The position numbers and the translations under genes were made by a program. DNA of 22,356 nt from a virus. Below, piece by piece: positions 15,802 to 22,356 of the stretch. The notes below the pieces were generated by a model that did not search any database, had not been told where the DNA came from, and was given only the letters and a program-made list of their open reading frames with translations. The DNA is taken from IMG/VR virus record IMGVR_UViG_3300028840_003717; one strand, 5' to 3'. How positions within the stretch are numbered: position 1 is the first letter of the stretch; each line of letters begins with the position of its first letter.

Positions 15802-15886
15802 GCCCTCCTGGACATGACCCCCAACCGATTGGACGGGGGAACAGGCGGAGGCCAGTCCCCGTCCAGGTAGAGGAAAGGCAAGGACC

Positions 15887-16786
15887 ATGAGCAATCACGC
15901 CAACCACCAGGCTGATCCCCTTGGAGCTGAGGAGGCGGCCCTCCGGGCGGCCCAGGAGGCTCCAGGAGGCCCGGAAGGCCGGGAGGACCCCAGGCCCGTG
16001 ACGTCCAGCTCCCTGACCGTGGAGGCCCCGTCCGGCCTCACGGTGAGGGTCCGGAGGCTCAAACTCCGGGAGCTGAACATCCTGGCCAACCGAAAACTGG
16101 CCAAAAAGGGGACATCCATCACGGAGCTGTTGAGGTCCGTGTGGGAGGAGACCCTGGACCCGGGGATCTACCAGCCCCCCTTTGTGGAGTGGCCGGAGAA
16201 CAGCTCCGGCCAGGTGGTCCCCAGGTGGGACCAGGTTCTGATCGGGGACCGGACACACATCCTCCTGGCCATCCGGGAGCTGTCGAGGGGGCCGGAGTAT
16301 AGCTTTGAGGTCACGTGTCAGGGTCCGGCCTGTCGCCGGACGATTCCCTGGACGGTGGACCTCCGAAAGCTGGAGCGTCATGGCCTGTCCGATGAGGCCA
16401 GGACCAAGCTGACGGGGGATGGGGAAAACCTGTTCTACCGGGACCTCCCCTACTCCGGACACAAGGTGGCGTTCCGCCTCATGACCGGGGCCGATGAGGC
16501 CCAGGTGGCCAAGGTGGCCTCACAGGACGGAGGGGAGGCCATGGTGTCCGCCTCCATCCTCCTCCGGCTCCCCTACGTCTCCGGAGCTACCAGCCCCCGG
16601 GAGCGTAGGGACTTCGTGGAGGACATGGACCTGGAGGATGCGGCCTGGCTCCAGGACCAATGGGAGGCGGCGGACGTCATGGTCCAACAGGAGATGGAGG
16701 TGGAGTGTCCACATTGTTGGAGGACCCAACGTGTGGCCATCCCCTTTGACGCGGATTTTTTCTGGCATCGCTCATCCCGGGGCTGA
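15887..16786 (+). CDS. Tail assembly chaperone (gpG position), T4 gp26-like with two Cys pairs (299 aa)
   Basis: Between tube and tape measure. LIGDRTHILLAIR, CQGPAC, FRLMTGADE and ECPHC motifs. Ends just after a slippery site. Confidence 0.8.
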   Translation: MSNHANHQADPLGAEEAALRAAQEAPGGPEGREDPRPVTSSSLTVEAPSGLTVRVRRLKLRELNILANRKLAKKGTSITELLRSVWEETLDPGIYQPPFVEWPENSSGQVVPRWDQVLIGDRTHILLAIRELSRGPEYSFEVTCQGPACRRTIPWTVDLRKLERHGLSDEARTKLTGDGENLFYRDLPYSGHKVAFRLMTGADEAQVAKVASQDGGEAMVSASILLRLPYVSGATSPRERRDFVEDMDLEDAAWLQDQWEAADVMVQQEMEVECPHCWRTQRVAIPFDADFFWHRSSRG

Positions 16787-16968
16787 CGGACCTCCGGGAG
16801 CTGGCGTTCCGCCTCCTGTGGTTTCAGCATGGGGGCTCCGGTCTCAACGTCACGATGGATGACGTGATGGACATGGAGCTGGAGGAGGCGGAGTGGTGGG
16901 CTGAACGGGTCCAGGATGAGCGGAGGATAGAGGCCAGGGAGATCAAGGCGCAAGCCAGGAGGAGGTAG
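16756..16968 (+). CDS. -1 frameshift extension of the chaperone (gpGT-like; fusion of about 360 aa from 15887)
   Basis: T TTT TTC heptamer at 16756-16762 in the correct register. The -1 frame is open (FLASLIPGLTDLRELAFRLLWFQHGGSG...KAQARRR*) to TAG 16966-16968, 3 nt before the tape measure ATG. Not in the ORF track. Confidence 0.85.
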   Translation, partial: FFLASLIPGLTDLRELAFRLLWFQHGGSGLNVTMDDVMDMELEEAEWWAERVQDERRIEAREIKAQARRR

Positions 16969-16971
16969 GAC

Positions 16972-19407
16972 ATGGCCGGAGGTATAGACCAGGTTGGGCT
17001 GGGGATTCTTTTCTCCGCCAGGGACATGGCCTCCGGGCCTGTGGGCCTCCTCCGTCGCAACTTCACGGGCCTCCAACAGGCCGTCACGTCCGGGGCGGCC
17101 AGGATCGTGGCCGGGTTCGGGATCGTGGTGGCTGGAGTGACCAGCCTCCGGGCCGGCCTGGACCTCCTCCGTGGGAGCTTCAACCTGGCCGTGACGGCCG
17201 GCCAATTCCAACAAACCCTGGTGGCCGTGGGGGCTGTAACGAGGGCCACCACGGAGGACATGGAGAACCTGACGGAGGCGGCCGTCCAGGCCGGTATCCG
17301 GACCCAATTCTCCCCCCGTGAGGCGGCGGAGGGCCTTCAGTCTCTGGCCACGGCCGGCCTCAACGCCACGGCGGCCACGGAGGTCCTGAACCCGGTCCTG
17401 GACTTGGCCACCGGCTCCCTGGGCCAGCTTGGGGTGGCCGGGGCCGCGGAGACCGTGGTGGGTACACTCAACGCCTACCAAATGTCCGCAAGTGAGGCCA
17501 CCAGGGTTACGGACCAGCTACTCCGGACAACACAGCTCACAAACTTTCAGGCCAGGGACTTCCAGGTTGGCCTGTCCCGGTCCGCGGCGGCCGGAGCCCA
17601 ATTCAACCAACGGTTTGAGAACACCCTGGCCGTGATGGGCCTCCTCCGGAACGCCAACATTGAGGCCAGTGTGGCGTCCACGTCCTACCGGGAGGCCGTC
17701 CGCCGTGTGTTCACGGACCAACAGGCCCTGGAACAGCTCCGGCGGCTGGGGGTCCGGAGCTTCGACGCGGAGACGGGAGCGGCCCGGGACGCGGCGGCCG
17801 TCATGTATGACGTGGCCTCCGCCACCGGGGACATGACCGATGAGGAGCGGTCCGCCATCATCACCAGGATCTTTGGTGTCCGGGGGATGATCGCCTACAA
17901 CGCGGTGGCCCAGGCCCAAACGGAGGTCCTACGGGACGGGACCAGGGTGACCCTCACACAGGCTGAAGCCTACAACCACCTGTCCGGTGAGATCCGGGAG
18001 GCGGAGGGGACGGCCACGGAGTTTTCGGACGCGGTCCTGGGGACGTTCCAGGGACAGATGGTCCTCCTGACCGGGACCATTGAGACCCTCCAGACTGTGG
18101 TGGGTGACACGTTCGCTAAGGTGTTCCGTCCCGTGGTCAAGCTGGTCACGGACACCCTCAACGCCTTCATCCGTGTGTGGCAAGCGATCCCGGAGCAAGC
18201 CAGGTTCGTGGTGGCCGGCCTGGTCCTGTTTACGTCCGCCCTCCTCATGGGTGGTGGTGCGCTGGGGGTGGTGGTTGGAGGGATCGTCCTGGTGGTGGCC
18301 CTCCTGGGGGAGCTGTTACTGGTCATCCTGGGGGTGATGGCGGCCGTGGTCCTGGCCATGGCCCCGGTCCTGGCCGTGTGGGCCGCCATGATCGCGGCCG
18401 TGGTGGCCGTGTATTACGCATATCGCCAGAACCTGGGGGGGATCGCGGACTACGTGGACGGGTGGGTGGCCAGGGTCCGCCTGGCATGGGACGCCCTCCG
18501 GACCCTGTTCTCCGGTGGGGACTTGTCGGACGCGATCATTGACCAGCTCAACTCCGCGGAGAACGAGGGGGTGTCAGCCTTCGTGTGGGGGGTGTGGAGG
18601 GCCTGGCAACGTCTCCAGGAGATATGGATGGGGATCAGGGCCGGGTTCCGGTCCGTGTGGGAGGGGATGGCCCCCGTGTTCCAGGAGCTACAGGGGGCCT
18701 TTGCTGAGGTGGTGGCGGCCGTCCGGGAAGTGTTCACGGCCCTGGGGATGGACCTCCCCACGGAGGGCTACTTCAACCTGGGCCAAACGATCGGCCGTGT
18801 CCTGGGGGGAGCCCTCCGCCTGGTGGTCCAGGGTGTGGTGGTCCTCATCCGGTTCGTGGCCAGGCTGATCCGGATATGGGAGGGCCTACGGCCCGTGGTC
18901 ATGCCACTACTCCGGATCTGGCTTGGGAAGTTCCGGCTGATCTGGGGAATCCTTGGCCCCATCCTCCGGGTCCTGGGGGCTGTCCTCTACGTGGCCAACA
19001 TGATCCTGAACCCGTTCATTTGGCTGTTCCGGATCATTGAGGGGATCGCCAACATCTCCCGCCGGCTCCGGGGACTCCCGGAGACCACGGAGGGGATGGG
19101 GGCGGACGCCAGGGAGCGGGAGACGTGGCGGACCAGGGAACAGGGGATCTTCTCCAGGGAGGAGTCCCGGCGGCGGACGGAGGCCGGGACGGACCGTCCG
19201 GCGGCGGCGGCGGCCGGGGCCAGTGATGAGATGGTCAGCCTCCTCCGATCGATCGATGAGGAGATCGGCGGAGGCCGTGGCCGGGATGAGGGACGGCGGA
19301 CGGAGATCAGGACCACGGTGGAGCTGGACGGAGACGTGGTGGGTGAGTCCGTGGAGGAATGGTTGGACCGCCAGGAGGCTGGTGAGGGACAGACCATTCT
19401 GAGATGA
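16972..19407 (+). CDS. Tail tape measure protein, TP901-like core (811 aa)
   Basis: [43 protein letters not shown] and LRRLGV motifs, a long hydrophobic segment and periodic aromatic repeats. Confidence 0.93.
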   Translation: MAGGIDQVGLGILFSARDMASGPVGLLRRNFTGLQQAVTSGAARIVAGFGIVVAGVTSLRAGLDLLRGSFNLAVTAGQFQQTLVAVGAVTRATTEDMENLTEAAVQAGIRTQFSPREAAEGLQSLATAGLNATAATEVLNPVLDLATGSLGQLGVAGAAETVVGTLNAYQMSASEATRVTDQLLRTTQLTNFQARDFQVGLSRSAAAGAQFNQRFENTLAVMGLLRNANIEASVASTSYREAVRRVFTDQQALEQLRRLGVRSFDAETGAARDAAAVMYDVASATGDMTDEERSAIITRIFGVRGMIAYNAVAQAQTEVLRDGTRVTLTQAEAYNHLSGEIREAEGTATEFSDAVLGTFQGQMVLLTGTIETLQTVVGDTFAKVFRPVVKLVTDTLNAFIRVWQAIPEQARFVVAGLVLFTSALLMGGGALGVVVGGIVLVVALLGELLLVILGVMAAVVLAMAPVLAVWAAMIAAVVAVYYAYRQNLGGIADYVDGWVARVRLAWDALRTLFSGGDLSDAIIDQLNSAENEGVSAFVWGVWRAWQRLQEIWMGIRAGFRSVWEGMAPVFQELQGAFAEVVAAVREVFTALGMDLPTEGYFNLGQTIGRVLGGALRLVVQGVVVLIRFVARLIRIWEGLRPVVMPLLRIWLGKFRLIWGILGPILRVLGAVLYVANMILNPFIWLFRIIEGIANISRRLRGLPETTEGMGADARERETWRTREQGIFSREESRRRTEAGTDRPAAAAAGASDEMVSLLRSIDEEIGGGRGRDEGRRTEIRTTVELDGDVVGESVEEWLDRQEAGEGQTILR

Positions 19408-19417
19408 GGGAGGAGCT

Positions 19418-20077
19418 ATGACAGAGGAGCGGAGGGTCCCACCGGACCAGGCCAACGATGACCAGGGGGGTGGGCTCCGTCCGCTCCCCAGGTCCCTGGC
19501 CATCAACCTGAACAACCCCCCCAAGGCCATGATCGTCAACCTGGCCACCAACGAGCGTTTCCGGCTCCCCTTCAACCCCACCGTCCTGGAGGAGGCCGTG
19601 GAGGCCAGGTTCAACAGGGTGTCCGTCCCTGGCCTGTCCCACCAGCGTCTCCAATACCAGGGGACCTCAAACAAGACGATCCCCCTGGAGCTGTTCATGA
19701 GCCAACTGTCCGTGGACCTCCGGAGGGAACGGGTGGGTGAATCCCCCTACGTTGCCACCACCATGAAGAATTTTCTGGAGTCCCTGGTCTACCCCCAGGG
19801 GGACCGTGAGTCCGGCCAACAGGGGACGCCCCGAATCCTGTTCGTGTGGCCCAGGATGGTGACGATACAGGCCAGGGTCACCAAGATCACGTTCCTCCAT
19901 CGGCAATTCTCCAGCAACACCGGAGCCACCACCATGTTGGTGGCCAAGCTCACCCTGGAGGAGGACCGTGACATGGCCATCCTCATGGCGGAGGTCCGGG
20001 AGCAAGGTGGCCAACACTACCAGGGGGGAATCCCGGAGGAGGGGAGTGAGATCGCGATCGGGGGAGGAGGGTCCTGA
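19418..20077 (+). CDS. Tube initiator / CIS-tube-like baseplate protein (Afp7/Pvc7 N-domain-like; 219 aa)
   Basis: FNPTVLEE, VPGLSHQRLQY, PRILFVWP and AKLTLEE motifs. Follows the tape measure gene. Confidence 0.8.
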   Translation: MTEERRVPPDQANDDQGGGLRPLPRSLAINLNNPPKAMIVNLATNERFRLPFNPTVLEEAVEARFNRVSVPGLSHQRLQYQGTSNKTIPLELFMSQLSVDLRRERVGESPYVATTMKNFLESLVYPQGDRESGQQGTPRILFVWPRMVTIQARVTKITFLHRQFSSNTGATTMLVAKLTLEEDRDMAILMAEVREQGGQHYQGGIPEEGSEIAIGGGGS

Positions 20078-20079
20078 TC

Positions 20080-20427
20080 ATGCCACCGTTGCTCAACAGC
20101 CGATACGAACGGGCCTATGGTGTGGAGGATGATGACGGGGTCCTCTACCTGACGGAACGGGAGCCGTTCCGGTATGACAAGGGCCTCCCCGGGACCCGTC
20201 GTCACGTGGTGGCCTTGGGGGACAGCCTCCAGGTCCTGGCGTTCCGCTACTTCCAAGGGTTCCGCCTCCCCGGGGGGCTTGGACCTGAACACCTGTGGTG
20301 GGTGATCGCGGACTTCCAACCGAATCCCATCCTGGACCCCACCATTGACCTGGAGGTGGGGAGGGTCCTCTACATCCCCTCCCTCCAGGTGATCAAGCGG
20401 AGGGTGTTCGGGGGAGTGAGGAGCTGA
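20080..20427 (+). CDS. LysM / tail protein X-like baseplate protein (115 aa)
   Basis: HVVALGDSLQVLAFRYF...LWWVIADF...DP..DLEVGRVLYIPS. Confidence 0.88.
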   Translation: MPPLLNSRYERAYGVEDDDGVLYLTEREPFRYDKGLPGTRRHVVALGDSLQVLAFRYFQGFRLPGGLGPEHLWWVIADFQPNPILDPTIDLEVGRVLYIPSLQVIKRRVFGGVRS

Positions 20428-20431
20428 CAAC

Positions 20432-21976
20432 ATGCCGGCCTTGGACCCGATCATCAACGTGTCATGGGAGTCCGCCACGGTCCGGGGCCGTCCTGAAACG
20501 CTCCCCACGGACCTCCGGGAACGTCTCCTGTCCGTCAAGTTTGTGGACAAGGTGTCCGGGGCCTCCAAGCTGGACGTCCAGCTAGACAACGCGGACCTGT
20601 CCCTGTTCGATGAGCCCAGGCTGGCGGAGGGAAACAAGCTCCACGTCCAATGGGGATACGCCAACGATCTGACCCCCACCCACGTGGTGACCATCAAGTC
20701 CGTCAAGGGCTGGCGGACCCTCACCATTGAGGGGGAGTCCACGGAGGAGCTGGCGGCCGTGGCCCTCCAGCGGACCAGACTGTGGGAGAACGCCACGGAG
20801 TTTGAAGTGGCGGAGGAGCTGGCCAGGGAGCTGGGCTACACGGCGGAAAACCAACGGGACATCCGTCCGCCGGAGGGATGGGAGGAGGAGCGGCGGGACA
20901 TCCAACAGGCCGGGGAGACGGACATGGCGTTTCTGACCCGGCTGGCCGGCCGGCTGGACCTCCACTGGTATATCCAAGGCGGCCGGTTTCACTTCCACCC
21001 CCCCAACGATGACCAGCCCCCGGCCCATGTCCTCCGGTATTGGGACGATCCGGAGGGAGTGTTCGCCGGGGAGCCCTCCATCACGGAGGGGACCCTGGGC
21101 CTCCCTGGCCGTGTGACCAGGCGGAGCCACAGCCCCCGGCAACGGAGGAGGGTCACCGGCTCCGCCGGGAATGACACGGACACGGACCGGCCGGTCATGG
21201 GGGAGGATGCTCCCCTCCGTGATCCTGGGGAGCCGGCGGCCCTGACGGAGGCGGAGCGGTCCGCGGCGGCGGACGATGACTACTTCTTCCGGTGGGCACA
21301 GGGCCGGGAGAACCAGACTGTGATGGACCCCGTCCAGGACCAGGTGGAGGCCGGGACGGACGGGACCGATGGCCAGGCCAGGAACAGGGCCAGGTCCGGG
21401 TTCCGTAGGGCGGAGCGGAAGGCCATCAAGCTCACCCTCCCCCTCATCGGCCTCACGTGGCTCAAAGCTGACATGACCATCCGCCTGGAATTCGGGGTGG
21501 AGAAGCTGGACGGCAACTACCTGGTGGAGGAGGTGGCCCACACGGTGGGGAACGGCTACGTGTGTCGGGCCACCGTCAAGCGGAACGCCAGCTCCAGGTC
21601 CTCCGCCGGGGCGGCCAGGAACAGGGCCTCCACGGCCCAGGCGGAGGCCAGGATCAGGGCCAACATCGAAAGGCTCAATGAGCTGTTCACGTCCGGCCGG
21701 ATCAACCGGGAGACCTATGACCGGAGGTGGTCCAGGTGGAACGAAAGGCTGGAGGAGCTGAGGTCCGCCAGGAGGGGAGCTGGAGCCAGGGATAGCTCCG
21801 GCCGGCCCAACACGGGGGACGTCCGGCCGGACGGTGAGCTGGAGGCCCGGAGCGGGACGGACGCGGACACCGGTGGCCGGAGGGTGGACTACAACAGGAG
21901 GGGGGCTGACGATGACTTCAGTCTGGACTTCCTGGCCGATGAGCCACGGTGTGAGTCCGTGTTTGAGGGGAGCTGA
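20432..21976 (+). CDS. Baseplate hub, P2 gpD / Mu gp44 / T4 gp27-like (514 aa)
   Basis: LHVQWGY, QQAGETDMAFLTRLAGRL, FHFHPP and LDGNYLVEEVAHTVGNGY motifs, plus a ~130-aa C-terminal extension. Confidence 0.88.
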   Translation: MPALDPIINVSWESATVRGRPETLPTDLRERLLSVKFVDKVSGASKLDVQLDNADLSLFDEPRLAEGNKLHVQWGYANDLTPTHVVTIKSVKGWRTLTIEGESTEELAAVALQRTRLWENATEFEVAEELARELGYTAENQRDIRPPEGWEEERRDIQQAGETDMAFLTRLAGRLDLHWYIQGGRFHFHPPNDDQPPAHVLRYWDDPEGVFAGEPSITEGTLGLPGRVTRRSHSPRQRRRVTGSAGNDTDTDRPVMGEDAPLRDPGEPAALTEAERSAAADDDYFFRWAQGRENQTVMDPVQDQVEAGTDGTDGQARNRARSGFRRAERKAIKLTLPLIGLTWLKADMTIRLEFGVEKLDGNYLVEEVAHTVGNGYVCRATVKRNASSRSSAGAARNRASTAQAEARIRANIERLNELFTSGRINRETYDRRWSRWNERLEELRSARRGAGARDSSGRPNTGDVRPDGELEARSGTDADTGGRRVDYNRRGADDDFSLDFLADEPRCESVFEGS

Positions 21977-21978
21977 CG

Positions 21979-22356
21979 ATGGTGGAGCGGCGGGACAGGG
22001 ACCGGAGGGACCGGAGGTTCATGGGCCTCTACGTGGGCCAGGTGGTGGACCGTGATGACCCGGAGGGCCTTGGCCGTGTCAAGGTCAACGTCCCCGGCCT
22101 CCTGGAGCCCAGCTCCACCTGGGCCTGGCCCCTGGGCTCCCCAGGCGGAGGGACGGCCCAACGCGGGACCTTTGATCCCCCGGCCGTGGAGGCCACCGTG
22201 GGGGTCCTATTCAACCAAGGTGAGGTGGAGGAGCCCTACTACATGACGGGTCCCTGGGGAGCCCCTGGCGGGACCAGTGACATCCCCACCGGAGCCCAGG
22301 TGGGTGAGGGTGATGACCTCCGGGACCGCCAGGTGGCCGTCCAGGAGGATGGTGAG
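21979..22356 (+). CDS. Baseplate spike, gpV / gp5 OB-fold (3'-truncated by the window)
   Basis: Own translation: MVERRDRDRRDRRFMGLYVGQVVDRDDPEGLGRVKVNVPGLLEPSSTWAWP...PPAVEATVGVLFNQGEVEEPYYMTG. Open to the window end, so it is absent from the ORF track. Confidence 0.9.
   Translation, partial: MVERRDRDRRDRRFMGLYVGQVVDRDDPEGLGRVKVNVPGLLEPSSTWAWPLGSPGGGTAQRGTFDPPAVEATVGVLFNQGEVEEPYYMTGPWGAPGGTSDIPTGAQVGEGDDLRDRQVAVQEDGE

Noticed and set aside
271-22214. Many long minus-strand and alternate-frame ORFs (e.g. 3523..5028, 10361..11764, 13195..15009, 20582..21541)
   Set aside because: They overlap well-supported + strand genes, have no recognisable motifs and are the expected shadow ORFs of GC-rich coding DNA.
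13048-22356. Stand-alone eCIS, tailocin or T6SS locus
   Set aside because: Capsid, adaptor, closure and neck genes are co-oriented in the same operon, so this is a head-bearing phage or prophage.
1-22356. CRISPR array, tRNA/rRNA genes, diversity-generating retroelement or stop-codon reassignment
   Set aside because: No spaced repeat array, RNA gene or reverse transcriptase was seen. TAG and TGA both end genes at sensible, tightly packed boundaries.

Overview
A high-GC (roughly two-thirds G+C by eye), single-strand (+), tightly packed morphogenesis region of a contractile-tailed (myovirus-type) phage or prophage. Gene order: end of a scaffold/protease gene, HK97-fold major capsid protein, a ~7.3 kb block of ten accessory genes (decoration/fibre-like and unknown), head-tail adaptor, an inserted endonuclease VII-family nuclease, head closure, virion morphogenesis protein, IPT/TIG-bearing tail terminator, sheath, T4 gp19-like tube, tail chaperone with a -1 frameshift extension, tape measure, tube initiator, LysM/tail X, baseplate hub and the start of the gpV/gp5 spike. 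The most striking observation is that the nuclease appears to have inserted after codon 8 of the head-closure gene and supplies a synonymously recoded copy of those 8 codons (MRGRLIQR is encoded twice, differing at 8 of 24 nt) with a new ribosome-binding site, so the host gene is repaired without splicing. Also notable are repeated intergenic motifs ahead of the major structural genes, a 27-bp perfect repeat within an otherwise diverged tandem-domain gene, and eCIS-like tail/baseplate genes joined to a true capsid. All product calls come from motif recognition and gene order; no database search was run.
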